From: Octopus bimaculoides
Lineage: Eukaryota
Direction: 5' to 3'
Length of the DNA stretch: 64,000 nucleotides
NCBI RefSeq assembly: GCF_001194135.2
Contig: NC_068986.1
Span: forward strand, 3,538,505-3,602,504
The translations under genes were made by a program, and so were the position numbers. Under the pieces are notes generated by a model that was not told the origin of the DNA, ran no database searches, and saw only the letters and a list, made by a program, of their open reading frames with translations. Shown piece by piece: positions 1 through 14,050 of this stretch. Each line of letters begins with the position of its first letter. Positions within the stretch are counted from its first letter, which is position 1.

Positions 1-100
1 CGAGGAACATTGTTTACAACGAGGTGTTATAATCACAACAGCAACAAGGTAGGTACGTGATCACCTTTTCTTTACCAAACCTGATGTACTTTTATGTATG

Positions 101-142
<42 letters not shown>

Positions 143-278
143 GAAATTTATAATAATTATTGTGGCATTTACCGTTAAATTACCAGTTCATACATGAGCT
201 TCTATTTCATTAATTGATTAAAACAATATAACATTTTATAGAGATAAGCTTTCTATAAAAAAATATAGGACAATGATG

Positions 279-470
279 ACAACATCACATTTTCTATATG
301 AGTGTGTATGTGTGTGAGTGTATGAATGTGTATGTCAGTGTGTGTGTGTTTCTGCATTCAACGACAATGTCAAATTTTGTGTATGAGTGTATGTGTGAGA
401 GTTTTTCAGTGTGTAAATATGTTACATAAACATATCTCTATACTCAACTATAGTACAAGACATTTTATAT

Positions 471-510
<40 letters not shown>

Positions 511-660
511 GCACGTTCAATACCTACGAGATAGTAAAGGACATTTAATACCACAGTGACGTCACATTTTGTACATGAGTGCATGTCTGTGTGACTGTTT
601 CCGTGTTAGGTATATTATTACATACACACACATCTACAGATACATACGTGATGACTGACA
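279..660. repeat. Loose minisatellite
   Basis: Recurrent cacatttt(c/g)ta(t/c)atgagtg(t/c) motif followed by (TG)-rich spacers, about four times. Confidence 0.55.
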
Positions 661-689
661 TGTGTGAATATATGTCTATGTGTCTCAGG

Positions 690-2012
690 TGATACATAAA
701 GGAGCCCTACCCAATGACTAGTATAGCAGCACCACATAGTCAGCTGCTACAAAGGTAAAGGTGATGCATTAGATAGAAATAATTACAGAGGTATGAAGCT
801 GTTGGATCAGGAAATGAAAGTCACAAGATGTACCCGGTGTAAGCTATGGACACACAAGAAGTGCAGCAATATCAAAGGAAGGCTAACTGGGAAGATAGTT
901 TTTGTATGTGCAAGATGCTCAGGAGCAATAAACATTGAAAATGTGCAGAGAACAACTTCCGTCACATTTCAGAGAGAAAAACTACAAGTGGTTGATAGCT
1001 TCCGTTACCTAAGTGACCAAGTAAGTAGCTGGGGTGGTTGCTCTGAGAGTGTAGCTGCTAGAATAATAGGGTGGGCAAAGGAACTCTGGCTCAGAGTAAA
1101 AGGCAGACTGTATGACGCATGTATGTGAACAGTCATGCTACATAGCAGTGAAACATGGGCCGTAACTGCTGAAGACATGCATAAGCTTACAAGGAATGAA
1201 GCTAGTATGCTCCACTGGATGTATAATGTCAGTGTGCATGCACAACAGAGTGTAAGTGCCCTGAGAGAAAAGTTGGACATAAGAAGCATCAGATGTGTGC
1301 AAGAGAGACAACTGCGCTGGTATGGTCATGTGTTGTGTATGGATGAGGACAGTTGTGTGAGAAAGTGTAACACCCTAGCAGTAGAGGGAACCTGTGGAAG
1401 AGGTAGACCCAGGAAAACCTGGGATGAGGTGTTGAAGCACGACCTTCAAATGTTGGGCTTCACCAAGGTGATGACAAGTGATTGAGACCTTTGGAGATAT
1501 GCTGTGTTTGAGAAGACCCAGCAAGCAAGTGAGACCATAACCGTGGCCTATGTCAGTGCAGCATAACCAGCCCATTCAAGAGTACCCTTCAATCATTGGG
1601 CAATACACTGCGCTTGCAAGGTTCTGTTGAGGCAAGTGATGTCACCATCATGGCTGATGACAGCTCCGCCTGATTGGCACATAAAAAGCACCATTTGAGC
1701 GTGGTTGATGCCAGTGCTGCCTGGCTGGTCTCGTGCCAGTGCCGCCTGACTGGCTCCTGTGCTGGTGGCACATAAAAAGCACCATTCGAGCGTGGCCAAT
1801 GCCAGTACCACTTGACTGGCCCTCATGCCGGTGGCACATAAAAAGCACCCACTACACTCTCAGAGTGGTTGGCGTTAGGAAGGGCATCCAACTGTAGAAA
1901 CATTGCCAGATCAGATTGGAGCCTGGTGCAGCCTTCTGGCTCGCCAGCCCTCAGTCAAATCGTCCAACCCATGCCAGTATGGAAAGCAGATGTTAAACGA
2001 CAATGATGATGA
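690..2012 (+). mobile_element. RTE-clade LINE remnant: internally deleted ORF2, partial PHD-like finger, C-terminus, repeat-bearing 3' UTR and (GAT)n tail
   Basis: CYKGKGDALDRNNYRG (start of RT), CxxC-x4-H-x2-C-x14-CxxC, RVKGRLYDAC, MLHSSETWA, QLRWYGHV, GRGRPRKTWDEV; stops and frameshifts; ends ...gatgatgatg. Confidence 0.9.
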
Positions 2013-2503
2013 TGGGCCCAAAAAATTTTCAACTTCTTGCCTAATGCAGGCCCAGAGCAATTTCTGTATTACATGTCAAAAGTGAAACAATAACGTCTCT
2101 ATTGTGAAATAATATTGTTTCACCTTTATTCCTCCAGTTTTAATTTCTAATGTGATAAGACTATAATAGTCTATCACTTTTATTCGTTCACTTTCGATTT
2201 TAATGTAATAACACTAGGATCATCTTATTTTACACATTTACCATTCGATTACCAGGTAATAATTATCGTAACAGTTACAATGTTGCAAGCTATTTACAGT
2301 AACATATTAACCCTTCAATTAACATTTAATACATGTACTTAATCTTTAATGGTTCGGCAAAAGACACCGATACAATAAGTACTAGACTTACAAAGAATAA
2401 ATCCTGATGTTGATTTGTTTGATTAAAGGCGGTGCTCCAGCATGTCAGCAGTCACATGACTGAAACAAGTAAAAGAGTTTTTAAAAAAACGTGCTATCCT
2501 AAT

Positions 2504-2532
2504 CCTGAGCAACGTCAGGTGTCTCAGCTAGT
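2504..2532 (+). mobile_element. Helitron-type 3' terminus
   Basis: Hairpin CCTGA-gcaacg-TCAGG, then 8 nt, then CTAG|T. Confidence 0.6.
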
Positions 2533-3479
2533 AGAAGATAAATGAATAGAAAAAATAAGGCAGAAACTAAACCAGCTGTTACATTATTTTTTATAGCAGT
2601 TTATGAAGTATCTAAAACTAGTGACTAGCAGAACTTAAAATAGAAAGAAATCTGAAGTGGTATAGTTCTAAGGGTAACTTGGAAAAATTAATAGAAAAGG
2701 GTGATGGGTCAGAATATTTGGAAGAAAATTATTTAAGCAGGATCCAAGTCATAACCAGCATAGGAGGAGAATGAAGTATTATTTGAAAATGATGTAATCT
2801 GCTGACATTAGAATCTATATTTGCAATATTCAAACAGAAGCAAACATAAAAATTGAACAGTTCATCATTTTGGCAAAATAAAACCAACTAAAAAGTAATT
2901 TTAATAATTTCTAAATCTAAGGCAGTGAGCTGGCAGAATCATTAATGTGATGGGCCAATTGCTTACCAGCATTTCATTCATCTTGAACATTCTGAGTTGA
3001 ACTTTGCCTTTCATCCTTTCAGGGTTGATAAAATAAGTAGAGGTTGAGCATTGGATTGATGTAATCAATTTACTTCCTCACCCAGAAATTACTGGCCTTG
3101 TGCCAAAATTTGAAACCAATAATAAGTAAATCTAATTCCAAACTAATTAGTCAAAAAAATTTTAATTACTACATAACATTACAAATTGCCTTGAAGTAAA
3201 AAAAATGAACTATTCTGAAGATGGGAAAGCTGTATCATTCATTTAAAAGGAAAATAACCAAATAAATGAGATTTTTCATTTATATATATATGCAGAATTA
3301 GCTTAAGATCAATTTTAATCTATTAAGTTTAATCTATTCTAAACAGAAACCACACGGAAGATATTTGAAAAGCAAATATTCTAAATCTTTTCAAATGATT
3401 TACAAAGAAACTGTTGACCAACTAATTAAAACTGTTCAATGTGAACTACTGCGAAACTGAATACACTATAAAAAGCAAT

Positions 3480-3990
3480 GTTATTGCCACAAGACTTTCT
3501 TAGGTGAATTGCCTACCTATGGCACCTTGTGGGTTAACTGCAGCATGCCTCAGGAATTAATTACACAACCCACACTCTTCCTTACACTAACAACCTGTCC
3601 ATCAATACACTCACTCCAACAGACAACTTTCACTCTCATTTTAACTCTGAGGCCCACAATTGAGTATTGCCTTGGTGTAGTGCTGTCGGTGAAGCTGCTA
3701 CTGCACAGATATCCTAGACCATATATAAGAAAGGGCTAGCCACTCGTATGTTCCAGCCTCTGGTCTACAAGAGCACTATTTCATCTGACCTTTCAAACAT
3801 TACTATAACGGCCTCGGATTCTTGGAGCTGGTTGGGCTGATGCCACTTGTCACTCTTGTTATGTCAAACCCCCTCCCCTAGGCCACCATGCTAATCACTA
3901 TGCTCAGCCCTTCCTTCCCATAAGTCAGTCCCCTAGAATTCCATCCTCCTGCTTATGCCTTTTCCACAGTGCTAACTTACAAATGGTTCA
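3480..3990 (+). mobile_element. Degenerate CR1/Jockey-like LINE, 3' part of ORF2
   Basis: RPTIEYC and HYYNGLGFLELVGLMP motifs in shifted frames. Confidence 0.65.
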
Positions 3991-5450
3991 AGGGGAACAT
4001 TAACCTTTAGCATACATTTTCTCTATGTTCAAACCAGCATCTGGTTTCTCACACCCACCCTACTATGGCATTCTAAAAATAAACAACCACCTCACTGAAA
4101 TATCAAATGCATGATTAATTCAACACAATGTGAATGAATAAGCATTACATTTGGCAGTAATCTGAATGATAAAGGGATATACACATATATATATATATAT
4201 TCTACACAGAAACTGAAAAAAAAAAAAAAATCCAGTGATTCTGATTTAAGTAGTTGACACATTTATGCTAAATGCTATCTATTGAGAATGTAACACGTGT
4301 CTCAGCATTGTACTGTCTCTCTATTGATAAACTGACATTAGTTATCTGTATAATTTATCTTGTTATAACAAAATGATTTTAATACAAAAACATTTTATGC
4401 TTTGTAATGGATGTCAAATCAGAATCTTGTTTAATTCAACAAATTAATTTTATTAACTTTTTCTTCTCAGCTATAAAGTCACTTTATGTATAAATTTTTA
4501 TTTATTTTTATTTTTTTTAAAGAATCAAAATTATGCTAATCATAACTTATTATGATAAGGAATCACACACACAAGGTGGAAAAGTGTTTTGAAATATACA
4601 TGGTTAAAATTTTTGAGAAGTAATCCAACTGAAACTCGAGGTTTAATGCAGACTACAAAAGACACTAAAGTATTCCATATAAAGAGATTATAGTCACATT
4701 GTTAGGAAGAGGATTAAAGGGTATTTAAGTACAGGATATTAAAAAAAAGAAAAAGTGTGCATACATATTGATGATGATATATATATATATATATACACGC
4801 ACACATACACACATCATGTGGTCAAAACCAGAACAGAATCTGTATGGGCAATTAGTTTTAGTTTACACCAAGCCTAAAACAATGATAATGGACTCATTTT
4901 AAGCTAATATCTATTGTTGGAAACAAACTTTTCATTCTTAATTTGATCAGAAATTTCTGTCTTTTAGTTCTAGTTCCAGAGACAATTTACTTGTATTGAA
5001 AAGTAGCAAGCCGGCAGAATTGTTAGAAATGCTTCGCGGTATTTTGTCTGTCTTTACATTCTGAGTTCAAATTCCGCTGAGGTCGACTTTGTCTTTCAAC
5101 CTTTTGGAGTCGATAAATTAAGTACCAGTTGCATAATGGGGTCAATCTAATTTCAGACCTTGTATTGAATTACATTCCATGTCATTATACTAAGATTACT
5201 GCAGATAAGTGGAAGTACTTTTTAAAAAACTCACTCAACTCTTGTAAACAAAGTGGCGTCAGATTGATAGACAAAAAGAAATAGCTACTTCAGAGCTTCT
5301 TTATTACAAATATTAAATTTCTTTATAAGCAACAAATTAAACATTTTCACATTCGTAAGTTCAATCTAGATATTTCTATCATTTTCCCTTCAAAATCTTT
5401 TAAATAATCTATTTAATGGAAATTTTATTTAAGAAAAAAAAATTAGAATT

Positions 5451-5832
5451 AGGAATGGCTGTGTCGTAAGAAGTTTGCTTCATAGCCATATAGTTCTGGG
5501 TTCAGTCCCACAGCAAGGACCTTGGGTAAGTGTTTTCTACAATAGTCACAAACCGACCAAAGCTTTACGAGTAGATTTGGTAGACAGAAACTGAAAAAAG
5601 CCTTGTTGTATGTGTGTGTGTGTGTGTGTGCACACAACATCACCACTTGATAATCGTTGTTAGTATGTTTATGCTCCCATAACTTAACAGTTCAGCAAAA
5701 GAGACCAATAAAATAAGTACCAGCCTTAAAAAAAAAAAAAAAATTCAAGTCTTGGAGTCAATTCATTCAACTAAAATTCTTCGAGGAGTTCTCTAGAATG
5801 GCCATAGTCAAAGGACTGAAACAAGTAAAAGA
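5451..5832 (+). mobile_element. tRNA-derived SINE family A (near full length)
   Basis: tRNA-like head (ggctgtgt..taagaag...ggttcagtccca), central cttgggcaagtgtcttc...ggatttggtagac, (TG)n, tail ...gactgaaacaagtaaaaga. Other copies or parts near 2350, 6640, 11390, 16440, 21345, 22325, 25935, 26740, 32680, 36880, 44590, 45380, 51405, 54065. Confidence 0.85.
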
Positions 5833-7464
5833 TATAAAAATATGCCAACTCGTTATGGCTTCCTCGTGGAAATTTATTTGCTGTCAACAAAAAAGATCAA
5901 TAACTTATTGATCCCCATTCTTGAAATTGACAGAATTTTCACACACACACAAAGAAAAAGAAAATAAAAACGTAGCAAAACTAAGCAAACAAGAAAAGTC
6001 ACATATTAATAAAAAAAAAAAAATTTTTTAATTCAATTTCCACCACCACCAAGTATAGAAAATAATACACCGACATACTTGAACTATGTACTTTCAGAAA
6101 ATATCTATTCTAAATAAATATTTATACTTAAGTTTGCCAAACATAATAGAAAGGAAAATAAGAATAAATCAGTTAAAAGCATTGGTTGGGTAGGAAGCCT
6201 GTTGTAAACTGAAATCCACCCCTCATCTGTCTGTCCTACTCTTTCTCTCTTTTTTTTTTGACATATTAAACAGATCTATAATCTCAGACACTGTATGTTG
6301 TTGTTGTTGTTGTAGTTATAGTTTAAGATAGGATTGGCTGCTGTAATCCACACACCAATGCATTACTACAACCATATGCCTGCTACAGATGTGCTGTTTC
6401 TTCTCCATGACCTTTCTACTGATTCTAACAACGGCCTGTTCTACTCAAGAATAGTTTTCTAACTAGATAAACACTCCTGCAACTGCAACTTTCTGGAATG
6501 CTCAACCAATCCAAGACTTTTATTTGGGGAGGGGAAGGTTACTTTTTGGGGACTTTGGAAATGCTGGCCTACGGTCTACCTAATAGATGGGTACTGATTC
6601 CACCACTTTTGACTAACACAAGCACTTATACTGGCTGCAGTCATTGAAGGACTTTTAGTCAGTCATATTGACTCCAGTACTTATTTTAGTGAACTCTGTT
6701 TGGCACACTGCTAAGTTAAGGAACAGAAACACAGATGCTGCTTTTTTCAAGTGATGCTAACACAAAGACAGGTACAGATAAACATATAAACACATTTATG
6801 AGAGGCTTCTATAGTTTGTGGCTACTAATTTCACTCACAAGGTGTTGGTTTGCCTAAGGTTATAAAGGACACTTGCCCAAGATTTCTGCACTGACATTGA
6901 ACTTGATGTCTGAAAAGCTAACTTCTTAACCACTCAGATAATATAACATAAAATAAACAGCAAAACTGATGAAATAAATCTAAAGAATTGAACCATTTAA
7001 TTACTTTTCCTTTTATAGACAATAGCTCAATCATATTTTAACCCGTTAGCATTCAGATTACTCTGTCAAATGTAATGCTTAGCTATTCACATTGTTTTGA
7101 ATTAATCATGTATTATATCATAGCTTCGAAATCTCAACGATGTAGGGTAGGTGTGAGAGGGTGGATCTGATCAGTTTGAATACAAAACAAGTAGAATATT
7201 TGGACTGGATGTAGCCTCTTTAACCCTTTAGCATTTAAAGCAGCCATATCCAGCCCCCAAAATTTTATTGGTTTTATGTTCAAACCAGCCAGATCCAGTT
7301 TCTCAAACCCACCCAACAATGTCATTCTACAGATATACTATCGCATCACTGAAATCTTGAAGCCACAAGATAATACATGGTTATTTTGATAGAGAAATCT
7401 GAAGGCTGAGGGGGTTAATGAGATGCTAGACAAAGAATCAAGAGAAGCAAATAAGTTACAAATA

Positions 7465-7496
<32 letters not shown>

Positions 7497-8862
7497 CATC
7501 CCCACATACAAATATAATGAATACTAAAAAGAACTAAAATAAAACTGTCTCCTGTATACCTCAGCTCATTATTGTTTTTGGCAAAGTTATCATCTGCTCT
7601 GGCCTACTGATGCTGGACTATATACTTTTGTTTCTTCATTGCACCAGCTTATTCATAATTAACTGTATATCACCTGTAAGTGCATTTTCCCCACTAGAAT
7701 GCTTTCTCATAAAAAAAAAAAAAAAAAAAAAGAACCCTGTTCTTATCTCTTATAGTCATCCTCCAATCACTTACCTATATGAATCCAGATTGAATGTGAC
7801 ACTAACTACAGGTACAACTCCTTTCTGCCAGCTGAAGTGATTGAAGCAACATGAAATAAAGTTCCTTGCTTAAGGACACAACGTGCTGCTGGGAACTGCC
7901 TTTCCTCCTTTCAGGGCTGATAAATTAAGCCCGTTTGCATACTGGGGTCGATCTAATTGATTGCCCCGCCCTCCCCAAAAATTTCAGGCCTTGTGCCTAG
8001 AGTAGAAAAGAATATACCATACTTTCGCTAATTGTTTAAAGTACCAATGTAGTCACAAGAAGACAGAGACATTGTTTGTCCTCTACCCCCACTCCACCCC
8101 AACCCACCTTTGACCCAATGGAACATTGAGGATGTGAGAGCTGAAAGGAGAGAGAGCTGCACCAACACTCACCTGGTTACTATTTTCAGCTGAGCAGACA
8201 GGAATAATGTGAAATCAAGGACGCGACACATCACCAGGTCCAAGAATTGAACCTGCAATGCCATGATCGTAAGCAGAACACTAACCACTAGGCTATGCAT
8301 CTTCACCGAATCGCATATTTAGAGAGGCAGTGGTTGATGACATGTGGTACAGTGTTGCAACCTGGGCATGTTGCTTTCCTTCCTTCACACTATCTTGTCT
8401 GTTTCTGCCATGCTTGTACATTTTAGTGGTGGCCACATTAGAGAGGAAAAAAAAAACGTGAAGTCAAGCCAACAAGGAAATTTATGCAGTTGCTGACTCA
8501 CTACTTAACTATATAAAAACAAGTGAACATATCGGATAACTCAGACCAATGTCTAATAGGCCAGAAAAGAGTGGTGGTCTAAGTTTAAATGTAAGTCAGA
8601 CAAAGATTTATCAAGGAAAACCATAGCAATTGAACAAAATTGGAATTGGTTAACTTAGCACAGAGTCTAAGTTAAAGTGAACCATCAATACCATCTTTGC
8701 TTTACATTCACAGAGAGAGAAAGAGAGAGAGAGAGAGAGAAAAAGAGAGAAAGAGACTGAGCAAATCAACTCAGATTAATGCCCACCCAGAAACCATTGT
8801 ATGGATTTATTGATTTAGGCATTAATTTTAAATCCACAGATACTACACTTTTCTACTGGTGT

Positions 8863-8900
<38 letters not shown>

Positions 8901-11020
8901 TAAACATTAGACCTGATATGTACTTTGTTTACTCTTGTACAATGTAAATATCAATTAAAGTACATACAATAGACCTATAATAAAGTAATGTAGGTATAAT
9001 TGTCTTCTTGCTGTAAAACGTCTGCAGGTATCTCAGTAGCAGTGAGAGACCAACCATTTGTTGACATGGAGAAGGCCTTTAACTGGACACTACAAAATGT
9101 TGCTGGTTGGTCACTAAGAAAATTAAATGTACAAGAAGTGAATAGTTTATGAGGGTCATGCAAGCCCATGCACAGAGGCGTGGTGTCTGCAAAGTGATAG
9201 TTAGCAATGAATGTAGCATGCAGGAAGGTGTCCAAGGTTTGTGTCTTGATGTGGAGTTTCTCTTTTAGTCTGGAGAAAGAGACTGGAGGAGCAACGACCA
9301 TCGTCATCACAATCAAAGACTAGCAAGGAAAGATTAGTGGGCAGTTACAATGTGGGTGACAAAGAGAGACAGTGAGTTGAGCATGCTAAACGGATATTGC
9401 ATAAGAGCAACCAGCTCCGAGAAGCAGGTAGAGAAGGCAGAGAATATACAGCAGGTGTGAAGGTATCTGGCTTAGTGGTTCGGGTAATCAGCTTGCTATT
9501 ATAAGGTCATGAGTTTGATTCCCAGCAGCACATTGTGTCCTTAAGCAAGGCACTTTATTTCATGTTGCTCCAGTCATCTCAGCTGGCAGAAAGGAGTTGT
9601 ACCTGTAATTCTAAAGGCCAGCCTTCTCACATTTTGTGTCATGCTGAACCTCCTAGAAAATTATGTTAGAAGATAGAGTTGGAAAAGAGTTGAAGAAATT
9701 TAGTAGTAAAAAAGGGTTCTTTATATGTAAGACTATGAAACAAGCGTTACTACTGCATATTACTCAGAAATTGGCACTAATTGTAGAGAGCTTGTATGAA
9801 GATTAGATAGAAATCAGCAGTAAGAGAGTAGCTAAAGTGTGCAGGAGAGATAACAATTTGAATGGACAATGCTGGTTATATAGACTAATTAGAATGGTCC
9901 TGAGGACCTAGTATGCTTGAAACGGTTTCCCAGAAATGTAAAGGAAACATCTCAAATAACCACAAGGATTCGGTGAACAGAGCCAACTCACACAACAAAC
10001 TAAAGTGTAATGAGAGTATATTGACAAAGGGTGGTATCATAAAATAGAATCAAATCAAGTTACAATGTGAGTCATATTAAATAAATGCATTGCAAAATAC
10101 ACATGCGATCAATAGCCTTGTGACTTCAATAAAAACAAGAAAATAGACAGTGGAAAGCTGGTGACATGACTTGGACAAGATCCAAAACTAAGACCTTCAT
10201 CAAACTAATGCTGAAAGAACTGTCAAAGCAGACATGAAAGTTATTGATTAGTTTGACTTGTTTTGACAACAAAAATATAACAAACAAAACAGGCAGAAAA
10301 CAAAACAATTGCCTCATTACATTTGATTGCAGATTTATCTGTAACCACAGCAATGACCTCTTGAAACAAAACTGTAATTTTCTTTAATGGTTTTGCACGG
10401 ATATGTTAGGACGAGTGTCCTTCATCTTCATTGTTGATAAAGTCATAATGTCTCAACCGTTGAAGCTTCTGGCCTACTCAAAGCACCTGTTTGGTAACAC
10501 TCATGCCAGACACATTCCTGCTATGGACAACAGAATGCTGATCTACCCTAATAAAGGATGTGGTTCAAATGTGTACAGCAAGACTTTGCAGAGCCATTAA
10601 TGTATTAGATGAAGTACAATATGGTATCTGTTCCAATTCTGCATTCAGAGTTCAAATTCTGCCAGTGTCAACTTTACCTATCATCCTTTCAGAGTTAATA
10701 AATAGTTCCTATTAGAACAATGGATTGATAGGAATGTTCAACTGAATGCCTTGTGATATTTGTTCTGGATCCCTGTTCTGACTTAAAATCCCACCATGGA
10801 TTAATTAGGTGACAGACTTAATCAACTGCCTGGTTTAACCCCTTAGTATTTAAACCAGTCACACATACTGGTTGGTATTAGGAAGGGCATCCAGCTTTGA
10901 AAATCGTGCCAAATCAGATAGGAACCTGGTACAGCTCTCCAACTTACTAGTTCCAATCAAACTATCTAACTAATGTCAGCATAGAAAACAGACACTAAAT
11001 GATGATATAATGTATACATA

Positions 11021-11257
11021 CAGGGTTGGCCAAAAGTCACCTGACAGTAAATCAAAACCATTTAATCCCATGATTAATACAAAAAATTATTTTATGAGAC
11101 TTCGTTAATAAATAGACAAATGTTGAAAAAAAATAAAATGATTTTGACTCATAGCTTTCAATTAGTAAACCTTCATAATTGGAATGAATAAATAAAATTG
11201 AACATTAAGTATTTATGGAATTTTGATTTACTGTCAGGTGACTCTTGGCCAACCCTA
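11021..11257. mobile_element. Tc1/mariner-type MITE
   Basis: About 37-bp TIRs (cagggttggccaaaagtcacctgacagtaaatcaaaa / ttttgatttactgtcaggtgactcttggccaacccta) flanked by TA on both sides. Confidence 0.85.
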
Positions 11258-14050
11258 TATGTGTATATATATATATTTATACACATACATATAAATACAT
11301 ATGCACAAACACACTGAAATGGGTAAAAGATGAGGCCAGCCGACATAAAGTTTTAAATCAGCCTTCTATAATTTCCCTTATCCTTCGATTTAGCTCACAC
11401 TTGCCCAAGGTGCCACGCAGTGGGACTGAACCTGGAACTATGTGGTTAGGAAGCAAGCTTCTTACCACACAGCCACGCCAGTGCCTATTCTTACCACACA
11501 GAAATGCTTTGTCATCAATTGCATATGGTCGCTTATCTGCAAGAAATTCTATCTGAATCTCTCTTTAACTACACTAATCTCAAGTGGAGAAGACATTGGG
11601 TAATATAGTCCTAGATACACTGCACTTGGATGAAGGGATGAGATGGTCATGGTTGGAATACCTTTTTTTCAAAGGTTTGCTTCAGAGCTGACCTGAGGCT
11701 AAAAGACAAAATGTAGTTTATAGCTTCCCATGACAAGTGTTTATATGGCTATTAAACAAAGCTAGAATTTGCTATTTCAGTTAATTTTTTTTTTTCTCCT
11801 TTGAAGTTGGATGGCTTAGACAAGCAAAATTCTAGGCTACCATAGGAACTGAGAGCAATCCGACTAAAATGGCATTTGTTAAGAAGCTTAATCATCAATA
11901 ACCATTATGCTAATGTCGTAAAGCATAATAGTAATTAAGCCCATGCCAGGGACATGAGTATAATAACGTAAGAATGGTTAATGAGTTGTTTCCTATTTTA
12001 GAAACACTTCAAAACGCTCCAGAAATAAAAATGAGAAACCAAATTGAAAATGAAGTGTGCTTATGTTTATGCACAACTATAAGAACATGTCCGTTATGTC
12101 TTAATAGGAAATAATAGAAAGGCCTATGAATTGACTGGATTGCCATGGCTAGAACGTTTTTGAGTTATTTCAGATTGAGTTATTAAAGACAGTAAAATTT
12201 AAAGCATATGCCTTCGTAGAAACGAGTATACAAAGGTATGTATTTCAGCATTTTCATTGTTTAATCATTTCGACCTGTTACTAAAATAGGAGACAAACCC
12301 TGCCAATGCTGTTTAAACATTATTAAAAAAAAACTTATTTTTGTTTTTTAAAAAATATATTTCAATAAATTATTTGGAAATAATTCTTAGATTTTCTATG
12401 AAATTTCTCCAAATTTCCATCGTATTTGTTGTTCAGCTCACAGTGAGACCTGATCAAACAGAACCATGATCAAATGCATTCCAATCATGACCAACCTGAG
12501 TTTTTTTTTTTTTTCCTTCTTCTTGACATTGAACTATTTTTCTCTTTCTCTCAAGATATGGTGCGCTTTCAGAAAGATTCTGCAGCTATCACCAGCACTA
12601 TTGTGGCTCCCCTCACAAAACGTAATCAGAGTCAGTAGCACTGAAAACATGATTTGGAGAAAGAAGCAAGTAATTGCGTAAAATGGTTTTAAAGAGTGAA
12701 GGGGTGGGAGAATGAATTTCACATCTCTCTTATTTATGTTAATAGTGAACATTAAAAATTATTCCAATGGGTAAAATATACCAATAAACAAGGGGCCTGG
12801 TTTAGAATATTTACAATACGAATTTTAGAAAAAAATAGATATTTGCTAGGTAAAAAGATTAATAAGTACATTGCTGGTTCATTCAACAAGGTAAGTCTTC
12901 CTTTGTTGTCATAGAGGCAGGTCTTTTAATCGCAGGTTAACACAGAGTAGACTTAAGACCAAAGGCATAGCGGCCGCAACTATTTCGGGATGTCTAGAGT
13001 TACATAATCCAATGGTCCCTCTCTTAAAATAAAAATGCGATTTGAGGGATTTGGCTGGTGCTATTTCGAACGGCTAATAATCGCTAATCGAACTACGATA
13101 TTAGGCTTTGAATCTATCTGGCATGGCATAATCTTTATATGTTTTGCTTCCAATTCCGCAATTAAGTTAAAATTAAAAATATAAATCCATCGTTGTCCTT
13201 TCTTTCACGAAATACCACATCGTTTAAATACAGATAAAGAAAAATCTTTTAGAGAAATATTAACAAACGTAAACCACAAAAATTATCTATATCACGTGTC
13301 TTTTGATTAATTTCGTTTCAATTTTGAGTTGTAGTTTCTTTTTACACTGATAAGAAAAAAATATGAATAAACGCCACAACTTCACATTTCTTTCTCTTTC
13401 TAATTTGAAAGCATGTAGATTATATTTCTAGAAGTTTCAGTGCTGAATTCATTAACCTAGTAATATCACTTAAACCAGGTAATCGTATTTTAAAATTTTT
13501 TTCATCTGTTTATTTTTACTTGATCTATATTCAGCAAAGCAATAGATACAAATCAATAGTCGCCAATCGAACTACGATATTAGGCTTTGAAATAACGAAA
13601 GTATAAATGTGATGGAGCTTCTACGAAAACTAATCACACTTTTAAAAAAAACATGCAAATGATGGAATCGCGTTACACATTGGTACCCCTTTTATAATGT
13701 AAAAGGTAAGATTCTTTCGATTTATGAACACAAATTGAAAGCGGGAAGTTTTTTTCGTTTTTAGGTTCACCATCACCCGGAACTGCCGACGTAAAGAATA
13801 CGCACACCACTCGTTTTCGGCGTAACCTTAAATACCCAGCGTGCGTAGTCTTTACCCTTCGCCCACACAAACTATAGCCCTTTTTGAAAAACCCCAAAAA
13901 ACTATCAAGAGATGGTTAGAAATAAAACAGAAAAAAAAAATTGGGGTGAAAATTTTAAAAATCTGAAAAGCAGCTTTTACGACAAAATCGTAATCTCCGT
14001 TGTTGAAAACACAGGCATCTGAAGAAACTTCTGGAGAAAAAAATAGAGTA

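Noticed and set aside
1676-1850. Repeat-spacer-like array (ggcacataaaaagcacc three times) resembling CRISPR
   Set aside because: The spacers are homologous to each other, the array is the 3' UTR of an RTE LINE, the genome is eukaryotic and there are no cas genes.
5895-5913. Palindrome gatcaataa-c-ttattgatc (also taaatctct-cag-agagattta near 53770)
   Set aside because: Short AT-rich palindromes of this size are expected by chance in 64 kb.
12174-12235. Plus-strand exon-like segment IELLKTVKFKAYAFVETSIQ with an RNP1-like look
   Set aside because: No further RRM exons could be linked, and the similarity is too short.
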